A DNA stretch of 64,000 bases from Yuukianura sp. NJ FZ-2021 (lineage: Eukaryota), in contig CM102283.1 in assembly GCA_046563655.1 (NCBI GenBank), positions 744,001-808,000 of the forward strand. Reading direction: 5' to 3'. This document shows positions 51,143 through 63,462 of this stretch, piece by piece. The notes under the pieces are model-generated. The model ran no database searches and was not told the origin of the DNA. It saw only the letters and a program-made list of their open reading frames with translations. Position numbers and translations under genes: made by a program. Within the stretch, counting starts at the first letter, position 1. Each line of letters begins with the position of its first letter.

Positions 51143-53160
51143 CCGCTGAGATACATTGGATGCCTAAACTGGTACACTTTGACCATTCCGAGAACTGCAA
51201 TGACGTACATGAAAGAAGTATCTAAAAAAATAGGGCAGGTTATAGAAATTTTGAAATATGTTTTTTTTTATTTATTTATTTGAAATACTTGTTTCTAAAC
51301 CTTGCTTTTCTCTTGAAATTGAATTCAATTTTAAGCCTTACCAAATTGGAAATTGGATTGATTTGGACATATGTGATTGCTGAGGATAGGACGCCTTCCA
51401 GAATGATAGCAAGTACCGTACGTACGAATACGTACCGTATTCGTTTGAAATGTTTGCGTATATCATCGGAAGTATTTTCCGAAGAACTCCTGTGTTGTCA
51501 AAAGTGGCATCTCCATCTCCTGCGATTACGTTTGCGTCAAGCGGCGTTGAATGGAAGTCAACGGCCTAGAGGCTCCGCTGCCGGAGGCTGACAAAGACGA
51601 TGAAACCAATGCCGCAGATGACATGCCTGTGTTGGAGTCAATGTGGTTGAAATCCATAATGTAGCCCAGTGGACGGGCACATCGATAGTTGTACTAGCAC
51701 AAGTTATAGTCAACCTCACCAGTCCGACAGAGCACCTGTAATTCAAATGCCTTTGATATTCACATTTCGTCTAATGTGATTGATTAAATGGATGAATCCA
51801 AAGTATTGTTTTGGACTCTCGTGGAAGAATGTATCCATCTGGTAGGTACAACGAGTGGGTACAAAAGTAGAGCAGTGCAAAAATTTGGATGGATGGGTAC
51901 AGGCGGGGAGCCCTTGTTTACGTCAACCGAAATTACACATTGTTTGACTTACCCTGAGCAGAATCGACGCTTTCGTGGTCATACGCGGTCGCAGTATCCT
52001 CTGAATTGAACACTTTGCTCTTGATCCAGCACTGGACACTGAATAAAGTATAATAAGGTGGCATTTATATAAAAATCATTTTTGAAAGAAACGGTAAAAA
52101 TGTGAATTCTTGTATTGTTTTTCAAAAATTCTGCCAATTTTTGTGCAGACAGTACTAGTGTCTGCACAAAAATTGGCAGAATTTTCAAAAATAGTACACG
52201 AAACCAAAATTCGCCCAAAGCAACACTTATTGTGCTACCTAATTAATGTCTGATTGCATTTTTTTAAAAGTTATACTTGTGTTGTGGTTCCTGGATGGAG
52301 AAGCTGACACAGATATCTCCAGAAACATCGTCAATACTGACCAGTACCGAGTCGTCTTCAGTTTTGGGTGGATCGTATTTGTAGTGCACAGGAGCAGCCG
52401 GTGAAACCTCAACTTTTCTGGGCGGGTCGCCAATTCCAAGAAATCCTTAGCTCAAATGACACTCCAATAAAATTTCTTTTTGCAGTTCTAATTTAACGTT
52501 TAACGTGCGTACCGTATGACAATGTCGTTGGTGACAGTCAGTGAGACCAAGAAGTTGATTAGATCCACACTGCACGTTGAGATTTCAATTTGAATAGCCT
52601 GGTTCGAATCGCCTTTGCCCACTTCTGAGCAAAGAGTCTGAGTAGTAGGAAACGAAACTAAAGATATACAAAGCAGTAGCCAGTAGCGTAAGCGACAACT
52701 ATGGAGTGCACGTAGTACAGCTTACATGAACAATTGATTTACCTTTCCAGTTTGATCCTGTACTGCAATTGGGAGTTCCCAGGATAACACCGCTCGTCGT
52801 TCGCGGACACTAAACAGACTGGACAGTCCCCTGGAAAAGGCTCCATGCTAACACTCACGCGCCCGTTGGCATCCTAAATTACGCAAACTTATGTGAAAGC
52901 GAAATGCTCCGTAAATTTGAGTTTTGAAATCTATTCCTTGGAATGGTGATCCTTTGTTTCTAGAATTGCTAACTTACATATGTGTTGAATTTTCTGAATA
53001 TCGTACTGAGATCGTAGTAGAATACTTTTTGTGTTGTAGAGTTTATGAATCCGTCATGAAGTCTGCCGACCGTTCCCGTCAAAACAGTGACTTCCGGTAA
53101 ATCTCCGGTGGAAACAACAATTGAAATAAAAAATGGAAGCAACACCGCCGTGTTCCACAT
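51143..53160 (-). pseudogene. SID-1: SID-1/SIDT family transmembrane protein pseudogene (intron-containing, internally deleted, 3' truncated)
   Basis: Motifs VRERRAVLSWELP, CPVLDQEQSVQFRG, NLC*YNYRCARPLGYIMDFNH..SN.G (TAG at 51696-51694), LEGVLS..HICPNQSNFQF|DTSFMYVIAVLGMVKVYQFRHP; several frameshifts. Confidence 0.88.
52125..52185. repeat. Perfect 27-bp-arm hairpin in an intron of the SID-1 pseudogene
   Basis: aaaattctgccaatttttgtgcagaca-gtactag-tgtctgcacaaaaattggcagaatttt. Confidence 0.85.
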
Positions 53161-53758
53161 TCCGCGCGTTTCTTACCTTCCAATTCGTTTTTTCAATACT
53201 ATACAGAAATTATTCATGTATTTTCAAAATTTCTTTAACAATCTAATTAAACCGCTATATTTTTTCAAAACCGTGCATTTTTAATGTTTCGTTTAAATAC
53301 ATATATCCTAACGAAGTTTTTTCTTAACCTTTGAAGAAATTTTTAATTTACAACTTGCGTTTTTTTTTTCAAAAAAAACCTAACACATATTTGGAAAAAT
53401 CACAACTTTTAAACTTTAGAGAAAGCAATACATGAAAATAATTTTATCCAGGACGTAATTACTTTGAAATTAAAGATTTTTCGGACTAATGATTTTGAAG
53501 ACCCTACTTTTCTTACTATTCGTACTTAAAAGAACTCCCGTTCAACGTAACATTGTTACCTACGGTAACACGTTTAATACATGCTTAAATTTATACTTGT
53601 GATGTTCATTCTCATTTCATTAACGCATTAACTACACAAGAATTAAAGTTATTGCAAACTAAATTTATGATTTGGCCTTTTGTGTTTTTACCACTTTTCT
53701 AAACTGATTAATATAGAACGTAATAATAACCAAACAAAGTTTACATTTTTATAATGGA

Positions 53759-54470
53759 ATGGAAAATTTAACTACAGATATTTTAGATGAAATTTTCCTA
53801 GGTAATATTTAACTTTTAACGATTTAACCAATTTTAAAATAGCAGTAACAACTTCAGACTCTTCATTCTTAAAAGATTACACTCTAAATGTTTTTGAAAA
53901 CTCTCACGAACAATTAAAAAATCATTTACCAAATTTAGCTATTTCACTTTCTTATGTATTCATAAGAACTCATCAGTTTGTTGGATGTGCCAACATCTTT
54001 ACTAAATCATTCTTAGAAACGTTATTAAAAGATTTGTTTAAATCTACCCTTAATAAGTTATTACTTGAGACACAGATTTGTTCAAGTTCAACTCGCATTG
54101 AAGCAACTAAATTTCGCGAATTAGACAAACACTGTAGGAATGTTCTTGCTAAGAAATTTTTTATTCGTTTCCACAAGGAAATTCGAAATAAATTCTCATA
54201 TTACAAGTTAGAACAAAAATTCTGAACAAATGAATGAATTAGATTTCCCTTTTGTGGAAGAAATTTTATCAATTCTGACATCACAAGATATTATAAATTT
54301 CTATTTGGCCCTTCAAAATAATAAATTCACAAATTTACAAGTTATCATAACTACAAACTTTTAGCAATCAAGGATCAACTTTTACAACACACTGCTACAT
54401 TAAGTGCAAATCTTCGTGTCTTACGAAAATTCTACGACTATTTTTTGGGATTTCATTTTAACAGAAAAGG
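53759..54470 (+). pseudogene. Two tightly packed, decayed AT-rich ORFs with F-box-like N-termini
   Basis: MENLTTDILDEIFL..TFNDLTNF (53759, frameshifted, continues to stop at 54225) and MNELDFPFVEEILSILTSQDIINF (54230); 4 nt apart. Confidence 0.35.
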
Positions 54471-55831
54471 TTAGGTGTATCAAAGGAAGTTCAACAGTTC
54501 ACGCCCAAATTGCAGTAACCGATGCCTTATACGATGGCTTTCGCAGAAACAAAGTCTGCGCTGTCATAACTCTAGATTTATCCAAGGCTTTAGACCGGAC
54601 CATCTTACTTGAAAAGCTGTCATGGTACGAAATCGAAAGCATATGGTTTTCCTCCTATCTATCCGTACGGAAACAATTCGTCTCGCTGGGAGGGGAAAGA
54701 TCCGGAAACATAGACATTAAGCGTGGAACTCCTCGAGGCGGTATACTTTCACCTCTACTTTTCACCATCATGGTCAACGATCTCTACGAGTTCTACTGCA
54801 ATTCCAACAATTTAGCAAAAATCTCCTCATCATGTTTGCTGACGAAAACACTACGGCAGTTACAATAGACCCAAGCACGCTTCAACAATTTAAACAAGAA
54901 GTTGTAGAAAGTTTAGAATTTGTTGTTAAGTGGATGAATGAAAATCAGTTGAACATTAACCAAACTAAAAGTGCAATTCTATTATACGCTAAACCCAGTA
55001 TCCTAAAAAGTGTCGGCGCAATGAACTTTCTAATTTGCGGAGAAAGTGTTAAATCAAGAAAACAAATTACCAGCTTAGGATTAATTATTGACAGTTCAAT
55101 GAATTGGGACGCTCACATTACATCCATTTCTAAGAAAGCACTCAGTGTCATAGCGTCACTCTATTCTCTGCAAAGATTTCTTAATATGAAAAACCGGAAA
55201 ACTATGATGGAAGCGTACGTTCTTTTCAAAGTTACTAATATGTGTGAGATCTGGGGAAAAGCAAACAAGCAACACGTTAAAACTGTTATTCGTTAAATAG
55301 GTTAACTGTTATTCGGAAAAAGTTATTCGTTCTGCAGGAAGATTTGTTCTCAACGTGAAGAAATATGATCCAGTGAAAGTGAAGGTTACGACCGAATTTG
55401 AACTGGCTCTTTCCAAAACACCTAACTGATTTCCGTATTACATGGTTAGTTTCGACTATCATCTCAGGGAACTGCCCAAATTATTTTACAAATTATTTCA
55501 GCGAAGTCCAATTTACTCAATCAAGCACAACTACTAGAAAGAAAACTCATGTAGCAAATTTAAACCGGAGAATTCATCCTCAATCCTTCAAAACAAGTGG
55601 TTTTCGCAAGTGGATGGAGACGGAAGAGGATGTACGACGTCTTCCCAATCCAACTGCAATAAAAATGAAGCTTAAGGACCATTTTATGAAAGCTCAACAC
55701 AATGAACTCGAACGCCGAAATGATGTTGTGGAAGAGGACTGACAATTGAATATTTGTATTAATAATACGCAAAAAACCTATTTTAGCAATGAAAGATTAA
55801 GTAAAGTAAAGTGTCAAAGAAAGTAAAGTGT
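54470..55831 (+). mobile_element. 5'-truncated decayed non-LTR retrotransposon (CR1/L2-group RT)
   Basis: STVHA..VTD, LDLSKA, WFSSYLS.RKQFV, RGTPRGGILSPLLF.I.VNDL, MFAD, WMNENQLNIN.TKS, LGLIIDSSMNW..HI; frameshifts; short (AAAGT)n tail near 55800-55830. Confidence 0.85.
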
Positions 55832-55889
55832 AATAATTATAAGTAAGTCATCCTATATCACAATAGATTCGACGTTGGAAAAGTTTTAG

Positions 55890-56250
55890 CTTCAAAAAAT
55901 TGTTGGACACTACGTAGGGGTTGTTCCAAAACTCCACACAACAACAGTCATGTTCAAATGTGTCTGGATTGTGAATGGCACACAGTGGTAAACAATTTTT
56001 TAAAGTTTAAAATTTAACTTTTTTCATTTTAATTTTTTTAGTTTTAGTTTTTCCGATGAACCGGAGCGTTGTGTTATGATGGCGGATGACGTGCTCGACA
56101 ATTACTATTCATCCAGGGATTGAGAAGTAACAGAAATACCTGCGCAGCGGAAGATAGGAGCCGAGCTCCTTGTTCGCTGGAAATGGCCGGGCAGCAAGAA
56201 AAAGTCGTGGGAGCGAAAACTAAATCTAACAAACGCAAAAAACTAATTTC
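55890..56250 (+). pseudogene. Decayed chromodomain-encoding fragment, possibly two tandem domains
   Basis: *EVTEIPAQRKIGAELLVRWKWPGSKKKSWERKLNLTNAK at 56121-56240; upstream LQKIVGHY...VMFKCVW is weakly chromo-like. Confidence 0.5.
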
Positions 56251-56519
56251 TTTGACAAGAAGCAACACGAAGAAAGGACGATGCGGAATGGAAGCCTCAA
56301 ATGAAGCGGAAGGCGGTGGTACAACCGTCATCTTCCAAAACACTTCGCCTTGACCTATCACAAGGGTCAGCCCAAGGATAAACCTTGTATGAGTAGAGCG
56401 ACGCCTACATTCTCTTTGAAGTCGCTGAACTACTAAAGATTACCTCTGTAATTCCAAATTTAGTACAATAAAATTAGATGAGAAAAAAATTGCGTGAGAA
56501 AAAATTAATGTAGGGAGTT

Positions 56520-56708
56520 TTATATTTCCAGGTATTATATTATATGCCCTACGGGCATAGGTTATGCCTTATGGGCATATATGGTGGCCATAAGCCACCA
56601 TAGCGGCCACCCCCCTGGGACCCACCCCATAAGGGCCACCATGTATGCTGTAGAGCACTACTCAGTTTGCACTGGCCAGTACAAACTAAGTAGGGACCCT
56701 ACTACTCT
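56520..56708. mobile_element. Polinton/Maverick-like terminal repeat remnant
   Basis: Ends in CTACTACTCT (reverse complement AGAGTAGTAG, typical of Polinton termini), preceded by GC-richer short hairpins (atgccctacgggcat, tggtggccataagccacca, agtttgcactggccagtacaaact). Confidence 0.5.
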
Positions 56709-56997
56709 CCATATTCTGAAAGAAACTTAATTTTGGAAGATAAAACAACATCTTATATGTTCTAAATATTTTTTTTATTCTTTCAATTGATTTAAATTTA
56801 CTGTTAAACATTAAGGTTTTCCCAATGGATGAAGAAAGAGCTACTAAACTACCAATTCATTGGACAGCTATTTTACTTTTCGAATTAGCCCTTGCTTTTA
56901 CCATAATTATTGGCGTGGGATTACTTATTATTTTGTATTTTTACAGTTTGAATCAATAAAAATCAGTTAGTGTAAAGTTAAATTTTTTCTTACCAAA

Positions 56998-57350
56998 ATG
57001 AGTAAACCTACTAACGTTGGAATTGTTCCAACCAAATTCAGTCCTAGATTTGATGCATTCAAATGGCTACAACAGTTTGAATTAGTTAGCATAGCTAATT
57101 CTTGGGTGAATGAAATAAAGTCGTCCAGCTTCCTAATTATTTAACTGTAGTTTGTGGTATCTCAATTGGAAAAACGTACAGACAAACACAAAGCGACCGC
57201 AAAGGAAGGCGATACTGAACCAACAGTCAGATGGTCTGAACTGACTGAGGCGCTCCAGCGCGCCTTTCAAACAGTCGCAAACAAAGAAATTGCTGAACAA
57301 ATATTGAATGACAGAAAACAACATTTAGGGGAAAGCTTTGAAGATTTTTT
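56998..57350 (+). mobile_element. Frameshifted Ty3/gypsy-type gag (capsid) fragment
   Basis: KWLQQFELVSIANSW..QLPNYL..WY...WSELTEALQRAF...AEQILNDRKQHLGESFEDF. Confidence 0.65.
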
Positions 57351-58149
57351 TTGTTTATTTAATCTTGTCTAACCCCTTTCAAGGTTACCCGCCCTGCAGG
57401 CCCGAAGCCTATGGCCGGCCCACGTTACCGGGAAGACCCCTTCCTGCCCTGTCCTTCCATTGTTCGTTGAGTCTTTACGCTGCTTCTACTAACTGGAGCC
57501 GTCCAGGTTTTCTACAGGATAGCGGCGCTAGTTTCGCTGCAATCCCAGGTTCTCCAGGCAAACGCGGACAGGGTAGCCTTGGAGATATACGCACAGAGAT
57601 GCCATGTAAACGCAGCAACAACCGGTGAGTTTTCCTTTTCCTAAATTTTTATTTCTAGTTTTCTTTATCTCTATGCTAGTTTTCATTTCATTTGTAAACT
57701 TCAGCAATCAATGTTCAGCAGCACACGGTGCTGAACAAGTTGATTCGGGATACAGAAGAAAGCCGAAAGTCTGTTTACACTATGGAGGTTCAACAAGTTG
57801 CCGATTCGAAGAAGTTAGAGGAAGCAGAGGAACGTATCTAACGGCTAGAATCGGATATTCTGGACCAGATACAAGAGGATCTGGCAAAAATTGAAGAACG
57901 AGCAAAGAAACCTCTCCAAAATATCTTGTATCCCAATGTGGAAATCATCTCCGACGTATAACGTTTTTGTTTTGAGATTTTCTCGACTCAATTTGGCTTC
58001 GACTACAACTAGTTTCCTTTAAATCTGCTCATATGTTCAAGGTTTTATAAAAATAAAAATCTACCGTCGAATTCCAACAACTGAGAGTCAAAAAAAGTGT
58101 GAAATTTTATTTCAATTTCAACTTAAATTGACATTGGTGTTTGTTTTGA

Positions 58150-59400
58150 ACGCTTATGCTAGTTGAATCAAAGCTTCCACTGGAGACATAGAGGCGTGGT
58201 CATCTATATTTCATCCAAGGGAGATCATTCGGACTTGATTTCTCCGAGAATTTTGACGAGCGCCTCGAGTTCCTGACGAGTCAACACAATCTTGGGGCCT
58301 CGAGTCAATCAAAAGTCAAAATTATTTTCCAACCATTACTTGTCATGAACTGAGGGTGTCTTTGACGTTCTGCTTTGACGTAACAAAGTACCCCGTATAC
58401 ATTGACCCGGTCACTGGATTATTTGAGTAAAACTGGTAACATCGCCCAACTAGGTGAGTCGTGCGCAAACGCAGTCGCCCAGAGTCCGCCATGTATATTC
58501 CACCATTGTTGTCTTCCCAAAAATCTGCACATGATGGTTTCAGAGGCATCTCCCCAGGGGGAGTCTTGAAGACAAAGTATCCATTTCGGAGCCCGTCGTC
58601 AATCATTGGAAACAGCTGTCCTTTGACATACTCGGAAAAGTCGTCAACTTCCGAGAGCAAAATCTGGACGATTCTGGCTTTGGCGCTGAAATTATCCTTT
58701 TTAACGTAAATTTTGAAAACGTATGGGCCAAAAACAAGTGAACAATTACAAAATTTGACTTGATTTCATGATTGAACATTTTTTACATCATTGGAATGAT
58801 CAAATCCCGATTGAATGAGCAGTTTCGTAGTCAATGCAATCTTATGCAAGTCCAAACTCTCCGAAAAATTCGTTTTGAGTAAGAACGGTAAGTCCAAGAG
58901 CCGGAGCCCTAGCCAGATAAGCCATTTCGGCATTCGGTATCGTAAAGTTAAAAGCAGCCTTCATCAGTGGGGGCGGATCTTGAACTTCCAGCCCAACAAC
59001 TGCGTCAGACCCGATAGATATGAGGTCATAAGCCCGTTCAGCAGCCTCCTTTGGGTGTACGGATCTAAAGATATCCTCCTATCTAAAGATTGATTTATTT
59101 AACGCATAAATTGCGCTGGGAAAAAGTATTTTTGATGACATAATTGATTACAATTAAACAGTTTCTCTGACGTCTTTGGGAGTGGCTTTGGTGCAAATGC
59201 TGCAACTAGTTGTTCCGGAAGCTCTGTGTGAATAAAATTGAATTCGACTGTCTAATAGAGTCAAAAGGAACTATTACGTCACCTTCGTTAATGTTGGCCA
59301 TTGCAAAGCGTATGCTGGATTAGCCTTTTCGAATCTGCTCGTCAATGTCGTCTGTGCCGTTGTGGCTGAAATCAAGCATATTCATATGAAATCCGATCCA
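58150..59400 (-). pseudogene. Decayed spliced gene of unknown family
   Basis: Coding-like segments (VHPKEAAERAYDLISIG..., ORF 58343-58660) separated by short intron-like AT-rich gaps, with in-frame stops. Confidence 0.35.
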
Positions 59401-59573
59401 TGTTAATCAAAGTTGGAAAAAGTTTCAGTTTACCCGTCAAAGCACTCAATTAAAATGCTATCACGCTATCATGCTCATCTCGCATTAGTCACAAAAGTAT
59501 TATTTAAGCAAGTGTAACACTGTGTTTTGCATTACAGTCTTGATCATCTCTAGCCGTCACTTTAATTATTACG

Positions 59574-61700
59574 ATGGTCATTGTAGACAAAGTCCCACTG
59601 GCCGCCGAATGTCTACAGTTACAGCTACAGTCTGTAACATCTAGAGCAGCGAAAAAGAGAAAAGGTGGCTCGGAGAAAACAGTGTATGAAGTGTATGCAA
59701 GAGGATGGGGAAAGGTCAGAGAACGAAAAGTTTCCAAAATCGCGCCTGAACAGTTAAACTCTGCACAACAGCATGTGCTTGATGTCGTAGAGGAACATGT
59801 TCAGTCTGGCGATGGGCCATTGCGTCTAATTATACCTGGACGGGCGGAAACGGGAAAATCCGATGCCATTCAAAATTTACGTCTGCTACTGGACAAGTAT
59901 AAAATTGAGTGTGCTGTACTTTCGTTTACTGGAAGCAGTGACTTTGCCATTGGAGGTAATACTGTTGCTAAACCTATCGATCCATGGACACAAAAGATGA
60001 ACAAACAATTAAATTTATTCTTGTAGGAAGGACTATACACAGGATTTTGCGTATGCAATATCCTCATAAAGACGGTTCTCGGCTTCCATGTTAATCTGGC
60101 ACAAATGGAGCTACACAGTGTAAAGTTATTTTTATTTGATGAAATGTCATTTTTGGGTTTGTTCCTTTTTAAATACATTTCTCAGCGCCTAAAGGCCATT
60201 TACAATACTGACGAAATTTTGGGAGGAAAGTCTATGATTCTGGCGGGAGATTTTGCACAGGTTCCCTTTCAAGTTTTTTCAAGTTTAAAAGCTACTAAAA
60301 ACATTTATTAGCGGCAGGCAATCAAGATGTGCATTTCAATTTCAGTTGCAACCGGTAATGGACAGGCTACTCTTTGCCACAGGGGAAGAACTGAGGGATT
60401 TGGAGGTCAAAGGGGCTGAAGCATACGCTACTTTTAATCGTGTCATCTTTCTAAAGAGCATGATGAGACAGAGTGGCTCGGAAGAGATACAGTTTCGTGG
60501 AAGGCTCGGAAGAGTGCGCGTGGGTGAACTGACTGAAGAAGACGAACGCGTCTTTAATTCCAGAAATCTAGATCAACTGTCATCTGAAGAAGTGATTCAG
60601 TTGGCATAGTCTGTAACCTTTCTCTACGGTGAGCGAGTCGTCGCAGAAAAGTACAACGAGTTTCGTCTGTAAAAGCTGGAAGTTATGGTTGAAATCAAGT
60701 CGCGCGATATCTGTGTAAACGATCCTGTACCACATGTATTAAAACTTGCAGTCGGGGCTAGAGTAATGTTAACTCGCAACTTGTGGATCGAGGTAACTAG
60801 ACAATTACGAATAACCATAGCCTGCTTGACCCATTTGTTTCCTAGGGCTAGGCCGGAGCATACAACGGGGCTCATGGCATCGTGACCATCATCTCCGACC
60901 AAGTGGCAATTTTGGACAGCCATTGTTTGTAATGGTGAAACTGGATCGTTGGAACGGGCACTGCTTTGGATTGCGAACTTGAGAAGTTCCTGTTCACTGT
61001 GAGGAGGTTACTCCCTCTCCCGTACGAAATTCATTTCTTTAAGTCTTGATTTCTAATGCAACCAAGACTCCTCCCCAAGACCAGTATTTTCCCCCACTAG
61101 TCCTTGCCATGTTCCTGCAAAGGAACATGACAAGGTGTTTTTCCCACTTCGCCGTGTGTTTTTCCCCTCCCCGGATCCCCCAAACCACCTTCTAGAACTT
61201 TCTGGAAGCTTCCGCTTGTTCACAGGCAGAATCTCGCTTCCCACTTCCTCCTAGCAGTCCGCTTTTAACAGGTCTCGTCACTCGTCTCTCAGCCATCCGA
61301 CATCTTCTTTTCTGGCACGTTGCCCACGCTGGACATCACTGGACATCCTCTGGACATCACTTGACGTCTTCTGGACATCACTGGACAACCCACCATTTGG
61401 TTCTTGTTTCGTTTTTTTCATTTATTTGTTCAAATAAACGTTCATTTGTTCTTTTCCCAATTTTCCGCTCTGTTTTTCGCCTGATTCATTTGGCCAGGTC
61501 ACTCTCGTGACCTGTCCTTGACCTCACATTCCGGGTGCCCTTTGTGGCGGCCCGTGAGGGGCCTACCTCCTCATATCACGCGGTTGATGTTGTACAGCAT
61601 GACCCAGTTATGAGGGTTTCATGGACGAGAAAGCAGCTTCCACTGCAGCTTTAGTGGGGTATGGCAATTCACAACGCATAAGGGATTACTCTGGAAAGAG
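59574..61700 (+). pseudogene. Decayed intron-containing PIF1-family helicase (transposon-associated type)
   Basis: Degenerate Walker A GRAETGKS, LFDEMS, ILGGKSMILAGDFAQ|LQPV (intron 60261-60345), MMRQ, LKLAVGARVMLTRNLW, RKQLPLQL*WGMAIHNA*GITLE. Confidence 0.85.
60998..61575 (+). mobile_element. Solo LTR-like insertion (578 bp) with 4-bp TSD inside the PIF1 relic
   Basis: TCAC|TGTGAGGAGGTTA ... TACCTCCTCATA|TCAC; internal AATAAA near 61433 followed by a T-rich tract; removing it restores ...VPVHAVDVV. Confidence 0.75.
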
Positions 61701-63462
61701 TAAGTAGATTTGATTTTGCTTTTACTTTTTAAACGGAGCAAATTTCACAACTTTCTTTGTGAACTTCACACTTTGAATGATGAAAAAAAAATCTCTTTTC
61801 TAGGTCGTTCTCTCGTTTCCCCTCCTTCGAGCAGAGATAGCCTCTTCTTTCGATTTTCCCCAAGCGTGTTTTATGGGGCAATTTCTAGAGTGAGAAAACT
61901 CTCTCACGTATGTTTTGCAACTCCATTCAGACCGGACCTAGTCAAAGGTCCGAGAAACCTGCATGTTGCACAATGGCAACAGGAAGAAGCCAGACTGGAA
62001 GCTCTAATGCAGAATTTGTCCGTTTGTTCAGAGGAGGCTTGAACCCGTTTTGTTTGTGTTAATGTATGATATTAAAATGTAAATAAAAATTTCAACTGAC
62101 GATCAAAGTAGCCAAACAACACAACTCTTCTACACTCTGTGCAGTCGCTCTCGTGCTCCTGCCCAGGCAATATCTAGCATTGCGTCAGGCTTTGCTAAAA
62201 AAGTGTAACGTTTTAAAATGAATTTTGGAAATCGGCAGCGTAGAGTTTCAAAATTTTCAATTTTTGGCAGTGGAATTTTTCAAAAAGTACAGCAAGATTG
62301 GACTTTTGGCTATGCCGGACAACCAACAGAAAGTGAATTCACTAGAGGTCAGCTCTATGCACTGCTGTATACAGCACTTTTTCGATCAGCATGCAACGAG
62401 CCATGAGTAGTATGGAGAGTACACCACTTGTCAATACCCCAGCAAGAAAATAGACTAGAACACTTCTCAATCCCTCCCAGTGTAAACAGACTAGATCATT
62501 TGTCAATACCTTTTCTAAGTAATCACAATCAGACTAGACCGTTTGGCAACAAAATTACGTAATTAAACCACGCTAATGGTCTAGGACCATTAATATGTAA
62601 TTTAGCCACTTTAGTAGAAAGTCTTCTTTTGAGTAATGCCCAAATCAGTTCAAAACAGATTTCCAAAATGGTTGTTCCGTTTTCGTATGCTCCAGAATAT
62701 ACATCTCTTATGCAAAAAGAAAAGCCAAAGTTCCAGCAAACAAATCCTTTCGACAAACTCCAGGATGAAACCTGGGAAGCCACAATTAACATTTCGTAAT
62801 ATGGTGTCACCATCTTTACGGAAACCTACTCACGTGGTATGGGAAGCACTAACAAACAGCGAAATGAAACCTTTCCTTTCTTTTATCACTCGCAACTTTG
62901 CAGAATACGACTTTTTTGGCCACTACGAACGCCAAATTTTTTCTCGGTACGACCACAACGATAGGACTTGGGTGAAGAATCTCAAAACTTCCTTAAAAAA
63001 ACCTTAAAAGGAACGTGTTGCCTTTCAACCAAAATTGCGCCCACGAGAACGATTTTGCAAGAATTTGAAGTTTTTCCTGGATGCGTTTGCGAAGGAATCG
63101 TCAACGTTTACTTGGCATTCGTTTTGCTTAATTGTATGGTGTACACAACAATGACCCAGTTTCAAGCAATCAACTTAGAATGAAGATAATTCGAGATTTG
63201 GGAATTCAATTAAGAAAACATTTTCTAGATTATTCTAGCTATGCTCGTAAAAACAAATTGTTTCTGAATAAAAATACTCCAGCACAGTTCACCTTTAGAG
63301 AGTAATTAATTTTCAATTAACTAACATTTTTTTAAATCATTTAACAATCCAAGGGATAGTTTTCTACAATCTCAACGCTTCATTAATTTTCAATTAATTT
63401 ACTTTCAACATCAATAAAACCCAACAGCGTTTAAGAAAATTTAGTTACAAAAAAATTCGAAA

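Noticed and set aside
61544-61561. tRNA primer-binding site (tggcggcccgtgaggg) implying a full LTR element
   Set aside because: It lies inside the TSD-bounded insertion, and the helicase sequence resumes directly afterwards.
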